Shown: piece after piece, positions 19,671-28,334 of the stretch
Position numbering within the stretch: position 1 is the first letter of the stretch
Layout of the letters: every line of letters begins with the position of its first letter
Assembly (NCBI GenBank): GCA_963676395.1
Contig: OY781066.1
Span: 1,120,001 to 1,184,000 of the forward strand
Length of the DNA: 64,000 bases
Direction: 5' to 3'
From: a bacterium
GTDB taxonomy: Bacteria > Fidelibacterota > Fidelibacteria > Fidelibacterales > Fidelibacteraceae
Translations under genes and position numbers: made by a program
Notes under the pieces: model-generated
Databases searched by the model: none
Seen by the model: the letters and a program-made list of their open reading frames with translations, nothing else
Told to the model about the DNA's origin: nothing

Positions 19671-19715
19671 AAGTTTTAAGCGAGGAAGAGAGTTATCTTG
19701 TCTCAAGTCTTTCTG

Positions 19716-20945
19716 TCAAACGATATCGTAAAACGTCCCATAATCGGGGTCATACAATCTCTTATAGATCTTCGGTAAGGAAATATCCGTCTGTTCGGCA
19801 AAGTAATCGCAAACCATCCGGGCGACGGCTACATAATCATTTGCATCGAGTTGTTTGAGTTTTTCCCTTAGAACTTTGGGAAGGATATTTTTATGAAGAG
19901 TAAAATTATCGGGACCACCTTGCAAGAAGGTTTCAAAAAGTCGTTTAAGGATATAGCGGCCTTTAAATTCCAGCTGTTCCAGTTGCGGAGAGCGGAAAAT
20001 AATATCAACCGCAAGGCGTTTGTATAGGGTATTCTCGATCTCGACATCGGGATCGATCTCAATGCCGTATTTATAGCGATTGGTTTTATCTGCCAAAGGG
20101 TGTTCGCGTTCTACAATACTGGCGCCCTGGATAAAGCGTCCCGTGCGGGAAGCCAGGTAACGATCGAAGTCTTCACGATGATCCAGTTTAGCGATCACAG
20201 TATCCAAATAACGGGCTTCATCTTTGCTGAGCTCATGCTCGTTGGCCCAGTGTTCTATTTCTTTGCGATTTACAAATCCGGCCAGATAACCATCCGACAG
20301 ATCATGTAACGAATACGCAACATCATCGGCCCAGTTCATGATCTGGCATTCCAGACTGCGTTCGGCATGACGTTCTTTGCCACCGTTAACGAATTCTAAG
20401 TACTTATCCTGATCATCGTAGAGAAATTTACTTTCTTTGGTTCTGTCCGACCACAGTACTTTATATTTCAACACACCATCCACAAAGGCGCGGCTGGGTT
20501 TCATACCCTGATCACCTTCGAGATCTTCATGTAATTGCTCGGTCACGATCTTTAGTGTCTGCGCATTGCCTTCAAATCCGCCGGCCTCTTTCATAAGCCC
20601 GTTCAACATGGCCTCACCGGGATGTCCGTAAGGTGGATTGCCCAAATCATGGGCCAAACAAATGCCTTCTACCAAATCTACATCAATGGCTCTTTCTTTA
20701 AAATGTGTCGTGTTCAAATAATGAACAATAGAGCGACCGATCTGTGCAACTTCTAAAGAATGAGTTAAACGAGTACGGTAAAAATCGTGAGCACCGGATT
20801 TAAAGACTTGGGTTTTATTCTGCAAACGACGAAAAGCACCGCTATACAAAATGCGGTCGCGATCAACCTGGAACACCGTACGATAATGATCATCGTGACG
20901 GGCTCCCAATGTTTCGCCGTCAAAGCGATTATAAAAGTGTGTCAT
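19716..20945 (-). CDS. dgt: dNTP triphosphohydrolase (dGTPase, HD domain)
   Basis: DRDRILYSGAFRRLQNKTQVF, RTRLTHSLEV, LAHDLGNPPYGH, FEGNAQT, WADDVAYSLHD. Confidence 0.93.
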   Translation of the reverse strand: MTHFYNRFDGETLGARHDDHYRTVFQVDRDRILYSGAFRRLQNKTQVFKSGAHDFYRTRLTHSLEVAQIGRSIVHYLNTTHFKERAIDVDLVEGICLAHDLGNPPYGHPGEAMLNGLMKEAGGFEGNAQTLKIVTEQLHEDLEGDQGMKPSRAFVDGVLKYKVLWSDRTKESKFLYDDQDKYLEFVNGGKERHAERSLECQIMNWADDVAYSLHDLSDGYLAGFVNRKEIEHWANEHELSKDEARYLDTVIAKLDHREDFDRYLASRTGRFIQGASIVEREHPLADKTNRYKYGIEIDPDVEIENTLYKRLAVDIIFRSPQLEQLEFKGRYILKRLFETFLQGGPDNFTLHKNILPKVLREKLKQLDANDYVAVARMVCDYFAEQTDISLPKIYKRLYDPDYGTFYDIV

Positions 20946-21175
20946 TAGCTTACATTAACGACTTCGACAACTTCCGGAATTTCGTTTTTAAGGACACGTT
21001 CGATGCCGGCTTTGAGAGTCATTGTTGACATTGGGCAACCTTTACAAGCACCTGTCAAGCGGACTTCAACGACATTATCTTCACGGACGTTGACCAATTC
21101 ACAATCACCGCCATCCATCTGCAAAGAAGGACGGACTTTATCTAAAACTTCTTGAACTTTTGCTCTATCTAACAT
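20945..21175 (-). CDS. NifU/Nfu-type Fe-S scaffold domain protein
   Basis: [11 protein letters not shown]...[20 protein letters not shown]; start placed at ATG 21175 behind AAGGA. Confidence 0.9.
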   Translation of the reverse strand: MLDRAKVQEVLDKVRPSLQMDGGDCELVNVREDNVVEVRLTGACKGCPMSTMTLKAGIERVLKNEIPEVVEVVNVS

Positions 21176-21257
21176 GATGTTTCCTTTATAGTTGATTCGT
21201 TTTTTCAAGACATAATATTAACACATAATTTTTATTATTCAAAGGAAATCGGGTGAA

Positions 21258-21312
21258 AGAATTTAGAATTTAGTATACAGTATTTAGTAGTTAGTAGGAG
21301 TAGTTAGAAGTT
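21258..21312 (+). repeat. Degenerate heptamer array (AGWADTT consensus), about 8 units
   Basis: agaattt agaattt agtatac agtattt agtagtt agtagg agtagtt agaagtt. Confidence 0.75.
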
Positions 21313-21604
21313 GGGTGAGCGATTTTACATCAACAAATTTTAGATCATGTATTAACTCTAAATAATTTTCCGTTTCATTTAATGATCCTTTTGAGATTAA
21401 ATAAAAACGAACCTTATCCTTTAGATGAAATCGTCCGAATCCTTCAGAAATATTTGCCGGAATTGAAAGAGCAGATCGTCTGATCTGACTTGTCAGGCCA
21501 TACTTTTCTTCTTTTGGGAGTTTATTCGTGACCTTGTAGATATTTTTTACGAGAATATGAGCTTTTTGCCACACAATCAAATCTTGATAGCGTTTTGCTT
21601 TCAT
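21284..21604 (-). CDS. Four-helix-bundle protein (23S rRNA IVP / bAvd-like family), probably C-terminally truncated
   Basis: YQDLIVWQKAH, LPKEEKYGLTSQIRRSALSIPANISEGFGR, SKGSLNE. The last helix is replaced by repeat-encoded LLTTPTNY. Confidence 0.85.
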   Translation of the reverse strand: MKAKRYQDLIVWQKAHILVKNIYKVTNKLPKEEKYGLTSQIRRSALSIPANISEGFGRFHLKDKVRFYLISKGSLNETENYLELIHDLKFVDVKSLTQLLTTPTNY

Positions 21605-21631
21605 TTTTCGTCCCTCAATTTATATTTCGTC

Positions 21632-21673
21632 CACTACTAACTACTGTATTCTAAATGCTAACGACTAACTACT
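21632..21673 (-). repeat. Degenerate heptamer array inverted relative to 21258-21312, 6 units
   Basis: Plus strand cactact aactact gtattct aaatgct aacgact aactact; includes the phoH stop codon. Confidence 0.75.
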
Positions 21674-22628
21674 TCTCTTCCTTTTTCTCCCCATCATACG
21701 CATCAATAATCTTTTTCACCAACGGGTGCCTGACAACATCGATCACATTGAGTTCACAAATGGCAATACCGTCAATATCGCGCAACAAATCAATCGCGGT
21801 ACAAAGTCCGGAGCGTTGATTGTAAGGAAGGTCAATTTGAGTTACATCACCAGTAATAAAGGCTTTAGAGTTCACACCGATACGGGTGAGAAACATCTTC
21901 ATTTGCAAATCGGTGGTGTTTTGCGCTTCATCTAAAATGAGGTAAGCGTTATCTAAAGTTCGTCCACGCATATAAGCCAGCGGTACGATCTCGATCACAT
22001 GTTGTTCGATATAAGCTTTAAATTTCTCAGGAGCGATCATACTGCGCATGGCATCGTACAAAGGCGCTAAATAAGGGTCAATCTTGTCTTTCATGTCACC
22101 GGGTAGAAATCCCAGTCGTTCACCGGCTTCAACCGCAGGACGAGTAAGTATAATACGCCCGATCTCGCGATTCTTGAGAGCGGCCACCGCACAAGCAACC
22201 GCCTGATAGGTTTTACCGGTACCGGCCGGACCGATCGCAAAGGTAATATCGTTTTCCAAAGAAGCACGGAAATAAGCTTCCTGTCCCTCAGTACGGGGTT
22301 TGATCACACCTTTATGAGTAAACAATATAATAGAGTCATCGGGACCCGAATACACTTTTTCGTTATGATCCGTTTCCATGTTGATCACGGTTTGGATATC
22401 TTTTTTATCCAGTTGTTTTCGCGCCGGGATCAGATGGATCAGCTCTTCCAGCACATGGTTGATTTGTTCTACGACCTCAAACTCACCATCGATGATCAGG
22501 CGTTCTCCACGTGCGGTAATGGTAGCATTAAAATGATTTTGCAATATCTTAAGGTTTTCATCCCGTACCCCAAGCAAAGCTATAGGATCAAAGCCTTTTA
22601 TGATGATCTCGCGTTTGGTGTTCGTCAT
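21669..22628 (-). CDS. phoH: PhoH family ATPase (YbeZ-like)
   Basis: GPAGTGKT, LTRPAVEAGERLGFLPGD, PLAYMRGRTL, DEAQN, GDVTQIDL, VVRHPLV. Confidence 0.95.
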   Translation of the reverse strand: MTNTKREIIIKGFDPIALLGVRDENLKILQNHFNATITARGERLIIDGEFEVVEQINHVLEELIHLIPARKQLDKKDIQTVINMETDHNEKVYSGPDDSIILFTHKGVIKPRTEGQEAYFRASLENDITFAIGPAGTGKTYQAVACAVAALKNREIGRIILTRPAVEAGERLGFLPGDMKDKIDPYLAPLYDAMRSMIAPEKFKAYIEQHVIEIVPLAYMRGRTLDNAYLILDEAQNTTDLQMKMFLTRIGVNSKAFITGDVTQIDLPYNQRSGLCTAIDLLRDIDGIAICELNVIDVVRHPLVKKIIDAYDGEKKEEK

Positions 22629-22641
22629 GGAGTCTCCCGGC

Positions 22642-25296
22642 CTATTTAGCCAATTTCCCGTAATTTTCTTTCAAGAGGGCCAGCGATTCTTCGTAGTTAG
22701 CCAATTTATTGCGCTCGTGCTGTACCACATTTTCCGGTGCGCGCGATACGAAATTCTCGTTATTTAATTTGCCTTTAATGCCTTTGATACGACCCTCGAA
22801 ACTGGCGATCTCTTTTTCGAGTCGCTCTTTTTCTTTATCGATATCGATCAAGCCTTCCAGCGATACAAATATCTCTAAATCACCTACCACGGCAGATGAT
22901 GATAGCTCGGGTTTGTCCACGCTTTCCGCAATGCTCAAATCTTTTACCTTTGCCAATGCCGACATATATTCGGCCTGTGTCTGCAGAATGCTTCTCGTCT
23001 CAACAGACCCACCACCGATCAACACATCCGCTTTCTTCGAAGGCGGTACGGTCATCTCGGAACGAATGGTACGAATCGCTGTGATCACATCCATCACCAG
23101 CCCCATTTCTTTCACGGCATTCGCCGAAGGCTTAAGTGCGTCGGTTGTCGGCCAATCGGAAACCATAATATCTTTTTCCTCATCGGCTTTTACGGACTGC
23201 CAAATTTCCTCGGTAATAAAAGGCGCATAAGGATGTAACAATTTGACGATGTTTCTTAAAACATAAATAGCCGTGTGAAGTGCGGCATTCTTTTTCCTGG
23301 CGTCATCACCATAAAGGCGTGATTTGATCAATTCGATATACCAGTCACAGAAATTATTCCATGTAAAATCATAAATATCTTTGGCTGCATCATTAAAACG
23401 GTACTCGCCAAGATTCTTATCAACGGATTCAATAGTGCTTTTAAGTTTCGCCAAAATCCATTTGTCAGCCGTTTCAAGATCAGCATCATCCGGAAGTATA
23501 CCCATTTGCGTGCTTTCGTCCACATTCATTAAAACAAAGCGTGATGCGTTCCACAATTTATTCATGAAGTTGCGGCCCAATTCAATTTGAGAAGTATCAA
23601 AAAGAATATCATGCCCCTTAGGTGCGATCAGCATCATACCGTAACGCAATGCGTCGGCACCGTATTGGTCGATCACCTCCAAAGGATCGGGGGAATTACC
23701 CAAAGATTTACTCATTTTGCGACCCTGCATATCACGGATCAATCCGGTAAAGTAAACATTCTTGAAAGGCAGTTCGCCCATAAATTCATAACCCGCCATG
23801 ATCATTCTTGCCACCCAAAAGAAAATAATATCGGGGGCCGTTACCAAATCATTCGTGGGATAATAATATTTTAAATCTTCATTGCTCTCGGGCCAACCCA
23901 AGGTAGAAAAAGGCCAAAGCCATGATGAGAACCATGTATCAAGAACATCGCTGTCCTGTTTGATACGCTTGCTACCACATACAGGGCAAATCGTAGGATC
24001 TTCGCGTTCGGCAGATTCCCAACCGCAATCGGTACACGTAAAAACCGGAATACGGTGTCCCCACCATAACTGGCGCGAGATACACCAATCGCGAATATTT
24101 TCCAACCAATGATTATAAGTCTTTACCCAACGTTCGGGATTAAATTTTATCTTGCCGCTGTTCACCGCTTCGAGCGCCGGTTTGGCAAGGGGTTCCATTT
24201 TTACAAACCACTGTTCACTCAAACGAGCTTCAACAGGAACATTTGCGCGTTCACTGTAACCGACTTTATGGATATGATCTTCAATTTTATCAAGAAGACC
24301 AAGCGCGTCAAGATCCGCTACAACAGCCTTACGACATTCGTAGCGATCCATACCCTTATACTTTTCGGGAACAACCTCATTCATGGAAGCATCTTCGTTC
24401 ATGATATTGATAAACTCAAGATCATGGCGCAAACCAATTTCATAATCGTTGGGGTCGTGAGCGGGAGTAATCTTCACAGCACCCGTACCAAATGCCATAT
24501 CCACATAATCGTCCTGCACAATAGGAATTTCGCGACCGACAAGAGGCAGAAGAATGCTTTTGCCGACCAAGTCCGTATAGCGATCATCTTTAGGATTCAC
24601 CGCGACCGCCGTATCACCCAACATGGTTTCTGGGCGAGTCGTAGCAATAACCAAGTAGCGGCCGTCTTCACCCTTAACGGGATATTTAAAATGCCAGAGC
24701 TTACCGTTCTTTTCCTGGTGAATTACCTCTTCATCCGAAAGGGCCGTATGCGAAACGGGGCACCAATTGATAATGCGTTTGCCTTTATAAATAAGAACTT
24801 TTTCGTAGAGCTGTACAAATACTTCGCGGACGGCCTTGGATAGACCTTCGTCCAACGTAAAGCGTTCTCTTTCCCAATCGCAAGAAACACCCAACTTACG
24901 CAGCTGGCGAATGATCATACCGCCGTATTGATCTTTCCAGTCCCAAATACGTTCCACAAATTTTTCGCGACCAAAATCATGGCGTGTTTTGTTTTCCGTT
25001 TCACGAATATGTTTTTCAACGCGGGCCTGAGTTGCAATACCGGCATGATCGGTACCCGGCAACCACATGGTTTCAAAACCTTGCATGCGGGCTTTACGGA
25101 CAAGTACATCCTGCAAGGTATTATTTAACACATGACCCATGGTGAGCATACCCGTCACATTAGGCGGAGGGATCATCACGCAAAAGGGCGCTTTTTTATT
25201 AGATGGTTCAGAATGAAAATACCCTTCTGTTTCCCAGTGGGTAAACCAGGCATCTTCAACTTTTTTCGGATCATAGGTTTTTGACAATTCCTTCAT
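22642..25296 (-). CDS. valS: Valine--tRNA ligase
   Basis: PPPNVTG, GTDHAGIATQ, ATTRPET, DWCISRQLWWGHRIP, KMSKS, C-terminal coiled coil (FVSRAPENVV). Confidence 0.97.
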   Translation of the reverse strand: MKELSKTYDPKKVEDAWFTHWETEGYFHSEPSNKKAPFCVMIPPPNVTGMLTMGHVLNNTLQDVLVRKARMQGFETMWLPGTDHAGIATQARVEKHIRETENKTRHDFGREKFVERIWDWKDQYGGMIIRQLRKLGVSCDWERERFTLDEGLSKAVREVFVQLYEKVLIYKGKRIINWCPVSHTALSDEEVIHQEKNGKLWHFKYPVKGEDGRYLVIATTRPETMLGDTAVAVNPKDDRYTDLVGKSILLPLVGREIPIVQDDYVDMAFGTGAVKITPAHDPNDYEIGLRHDLEFINIMNEDASMNEVVPEKYKGMDRYECRKAVVADLDALGLLDKIEDHIHKVGYSERANVPVEARLSEQWFVKMEPLAKPALEAVNSGKIKFNPERWVKTYNHWLENIRDWCISRQLWWGHRIPVFTCTDCGWESAEREDPTICPVCGSKRIKQDSDVLDTWFSSWLWPFSTLGWPESNEDLKYYYPTNDLVTAPDIIFFWVARMIMAGYEFMGELPFKNVYFTGLIRDMQGRKMSKSLGNSPDPLEVIDQYGADALRYGMMLIAPKGHDILFDTSQIELGRNFMNKLWNASRFVLMNVDESTQMGILPDDADLETADKWILAKLKSTIESVDKNLGEYRFNDAAKDIYDFTWNNFCDWYIELIKSRLYGDDARKKNAALHTAIYVLRNIVKLLHPYAPFITEEIWQSVKADEEKDIMVSDWPTTDALKPSANAVKEMGLVMDVITAIRTIRSEMTVPPSKKADVLIGGGSVETRSILQTQAEYMSALAKVKDLSIAESVDKPELSSSAVVGDLEIFVSLEGLIDIDKEKERLEKEIASFEGRIKGIKGKLNNENFVSRAPENVVQHERNKLANYEESLALLKENYGKLAK

Positions 25297-25504
25297 TTAT
25301 TCTCCCATATTTGAAGGCGTTAATAATAATGTGAAATTTAGTGAAAAAGCGGTCAGAATACAAGCGCAAGAGCAGGAAAGAACAACCAAAAACCGGAGAA
25401 CAGAAGTCAAAAGCTAAAGACCGGGATAATGTCTTATTCTTAATTCTTAATTAAATCCTCAACTCTCAATTATACATCCTACCATTTAATAGGACAATTT
25501 TTTA

Positions 25505-25533
25505 TTGACTTCCTGAAATTCTTCTGCCATATT
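25505..25533 (+). promoter_or_regulatory. Sigma70-type promoter, leaderless transcript
   Basis: TTGACT, 17 nt, CATATT, 5 nt, ATG 25539. Confidence 0.55.
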
Positions 25534-25538
25534 GTGGT

Positions 25539-26030
25539 ATGAAAGATTTTATTGACCTATCAGACTTAAAAATTCTATTCCCCGACAACGCAAGCTCGCT
25601 GAAATTTTTAGAAAAATTGCGATGGGGGAAAAAGCCTCAATGCCCGCACTGCGGTTCAGACAGGGTCACCTCATTCAAGAATGAAAACAGACATCATTGC
25701 AATGCCTGCAATGTCTCATTCTCGGCAACGGTCAAAACCATTTTTCACAACACACGCATACCTTTGCAAAAATGGTTTAAAGCCATTGCGTTGGTATTGC
25801 ATAGTGAAAAAAAAGTTTCTGTTCGTAAGCTTGCTCTAGTGATCAATGTAAATAAAAACACCGCTTGGCAGATGCTAAACAAGATCAATGAATCTATTAC
25901 ACACACAGGACAAAAACTTTCAGACGAGTTGAGGCTTGAAGAATTCGTGCTGGACGTAGAAAAACAACTTTCTATTCCACTGGAGTCTTTCAAGAAACTC
26001 GTCCTAAACATGATGGGAACACAGGAGTGA
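25539..26030 (+). mobile_element. IS1595-family transposase N-terminal derivative (zinc ribbon + HTH, no DDE domain)
   Basis: FLEKLRWG..PQCPHCGS...CNACNVSFSATVKTIFHNTRIPLQKWF...SVRKLA...NKNTAWQM. The E-x-D-E catalytic region is absent and replaced by an unrelated tail; no terminal IRs recognised. Confidence 0.75.
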
Positions 26031-26036
26031 ATAATC

Positions 26037-26297
26037 ATGAAAAACGAATTTGGGGGATAGACGCCGGTTCGGTCACGCCCTCGATCGTTGAGCTTGATTT
26101 GAAAGGCAAGCTACTTAGCGAGCGCTGTATTTCACACCCGGGAAAATCGGCCTTTTAACCCTTCATTAATTACCGAAGCTATGGGCAAAGATATTGAAAA
26201 TATAACGGGTGTTCCGATGCTGACTATCACCTACGATGATACCGAATCACCCAAGAATGATATTATCATTCCATACTTAAAATATGCTGAAATCTGA
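26037..26297 (+). pseudogene. Remnant of a CoA-substrate-specific enzyme activase (BadF/BcrA-type ATPase fusion) with the centre deleted
   Basis: N-terminal-like GIDAGSVTPSIVELDLKGKLL...HPGK is followed immediately by C-terminal-like PSLITEAMGKDIENITGVPMLTITYDDTESPKNDIIIPYLKY*, in different frames. Confidence 0.6.
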
Positions 26298-26375
26298 TAA
26301 AGCAAGGAACGAATTAAAATTCAATCACTTGACATTCTAAGATTGATACGCTAAACTCTGCCAAGGAGACAGAAA

Positions 26376-27545
26376 ATGAAACTTGATGCTATTCAGTTTA
26401 ATGAATCGTTCCCACCTCTTATGGATGGTGTGGCAAATGTAACACGAAACTATGCCCATTGGATAAAAAAGAAATATGGTAAAGCTTATGTTGTAACGCC
26501 GGAATATCCCGGATTTATTGACGATGAGATATTTCCCGTTCTGCGTTATCCGTCCTTACCTTTGGCTTTAAGAAAACCCTATCGACTGGGCGTAGGACAA
26601 CACAATCCAAATCTCTGGAAAAAATTAAATTCTCTGCATGTTGATATCGTTCATGCACAAAGTCCATTCTCTTCCGGTAATATCGCCCTGCAATATGCAA
26701 AGCAAAAAGATGTTCCGCTTGTAGCGACCTTTCATTCAAAGTTCTATGATGATTTTAAAGAAGCCACACGCTCCGATGTTATCTCATGGCTCATGACTCA
26801 CCTTGTCGTTGATTTCTTCAACTATGCCGATGCGGTTTGGGCGGTAAATGAAAGTACTCGTGAAACCTTAATATCATACGGCTATAAAGGTCAAATTGAT
26901 GTTGTACCAAATGGAGCGGATTTTGAGATCCCTCAAAATCTTGATCTTTTGGTGAAAAAGACAAATAAACAATACGGACTAGATGAAAATGGATTGGTTT
27001 TTCTTTTTGTCGGCCAAATGATCAAGCAAAAAAATATCCCCATGATCATTGATGCACTTTCAATTATAAAAAAAGCCGGTGTAAAATTTGATATGCTTTT
27101 TGTAGGCGAAGGAAAATCCAAGGATGAGTTTATGGAGCAAACTCAAAAGCTCGGCTTAAACGACACTGTTCAATTCCTCGGTAAGATCCTGGATCGCAAT
27201 ATGCTCAAAAGCATTTTTGCGAGAGCTGATCTTTTCCTATTTCCATCTGTCTACGACAACGCTCCTGTTGTTACGCGTGAAGCTGCCGCCGTCGGCACCG
27301 CTTCTCTTATCGTAAAGGGTTCCAATGCCTCCGAAGGGGTAATCCATGGTGAAAACGGTTACCTCTGTGACGAATCAGCCGAAAGCGTTGCCGAAAGTAT
27401 TCAAAAGATCATTACTGACCGCGAAGCCTTAAAGCAAGCCGGACTTAAAGCTCAAACCAGCATTTTTCGCTCATGGGAAAGCATTGTGGACGATGAAGTG
27501 GTCCCAAAATATTTAGATATTATTGAGCGATATAAGAAACAGTAG
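26376..27545 (+). CDS. Glycosyltransferase family 4 (diacylglycerol glucosyltransferase-like)
   Basis: NESFPPLMDGV, IVHAQSPF, VATFHSK, FLFVGQ, ADLFLFPSVYDNAPVVTREAAA. Confidence 0.88.
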   Translation: MKLDAIQFNESFPPLMDGVANVTRNYAHWIKKKYGKAYVVTPEYPGFIDDEIFPVLRYPSLPLALRKPYRLGVGQHNPNLWKKLNSLHVDIVHAQSPFSSGNIALQYAKQKDVPLVATFHSKFYDDFKEATRSDVISWLMTHLVVDFFNYADAVWAVNESTRETLISYGYKGQIDVVPNGADFEIPQNLDLLVKKTNKQYGLDENGLVFLFVGQMIKQKNIPMIIDALSIIKKAGVKFDMLFVGEGKSKDEFMEQTQKLGLNDTVQFLGKILDRNMLKSIFARADLFLFPSVYDNAPVVTREAAAVGTASLIVKGSNASEGVIHGENGYLCDESAESVAESIQKIITDREALKQAGLKAQTSIFRSWESIVDDEVVPKYLDIIERYKKQ

Positions 27546-27590
27546 TCAGTAGTCAGTAGTCAGTAGTCAGTAGTCAGTAGTCAGTAGTCA
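27540..27590 (+). repeat. Perfect heptamer tandem repeat (CAGTAGT)7
   Basis: Seven exact units plus CA; the first unit supplies the last codon and the TAG stop of the GT4 gene. Confidence 0.95.
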
Positions 27591-27674
27591 AAATATAAAA
27601 GCAATAAATCAGTAAACAGAAGAGAGAAATCCGTCTTCTGTGTTATTCTGCTTTCTGATCATTCTTGCTTCCGG

Positions 27675-28319
27675 CTATTGATCCACTCTTCTGTAGGTAT
27701 AAACTGCTATACCTTCATCGCCGGTACGTTTATAGCCCATGGCATTCAGATATTTCCTATGCACTTCATGAGGATCCTTGATAATAAGTTTTTTATTATC
27801 GTCAATGCCGACGCGTTTCAAACCTTCGTGGTAGAAATAATGACCGGTTTTAAGATCACGATATTCCGGAATTGTATAATCTAATTCAACCAGCAGTTCA
27901 TCTGAAGAGATTTCACTGAACATAACCAGACCAACGGGACGCATATCTCTCAAACAAAAATATGATTTATATGTTTTTTGTGGATCATATTTAAATTTTG
28001 GGAAAAACTTTTCAATATCATCCTTATAAAACTGCAAGAGATTGTGTGTAAACTGAGACTTTTTGATATCAATTTCAATAATATCAAAATACTCTTTCCT
28101 TCTGCTCATTGAGATTAAATAGTATACATCTACAATGGCCACAAAACCATTCAAGGCAAACACCGGCCAAGCCCCGATCAACGCACCGTAACATGAGAAA
28201 AAGGCAGAGCCAAAAAGATTTAACCAACGCAAACGTCGGATGTTTTTCATTGTTAATGAAACCGCAGTTACCACTGAAGCAACATAACCGATGATCTCAA
28301 ATATCATTTGCTTATCCAT
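27675..28319 (-). CDS. YgjV-like inner membrane protein with soluble C-terminal domain
   Basis: IIGYVASV..AVSLTM...RLRWLNLFGS...YGALIGAWPV three-TM N-terminus; LDYTIPEYRDLKTG C-domain. Confidence 0.7.
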   Translation of the reverse strand: MDKQMIFEIIGYVASVVTAVSLTMKNIRRLRWLNLFGSAFFSCYGALIGAWPVFALNGFVAIVDVYYLISMSRRKEYFDIIEIDIKKSQFTHNLLQFYKDDIEKFFPKFKYDPQKTYKSYFCLRDMRPVGLVMFSEISSDELLVELDYTIPEYRDLKTGHYFYHEGLKRVGIDDNKKLIIKDPHEVHRKYLNAMGYKRTGDEGIAVYTYRRVDQ

Positions 28320-28334
28320 ATTCTTACTCTTTCA

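Noticed and set aside
21284..21604. Diversity-generating retroelement suggested by the Avd-like four-helix-bundle gene
   Set aside because: No reverse transcriptase and no TR/VR repeat pair seen in the window.
27540..27590. CRISPR array
   Set aside because: Contiguous 7-mers with no spacers, and no cas genes anywhere in the window.
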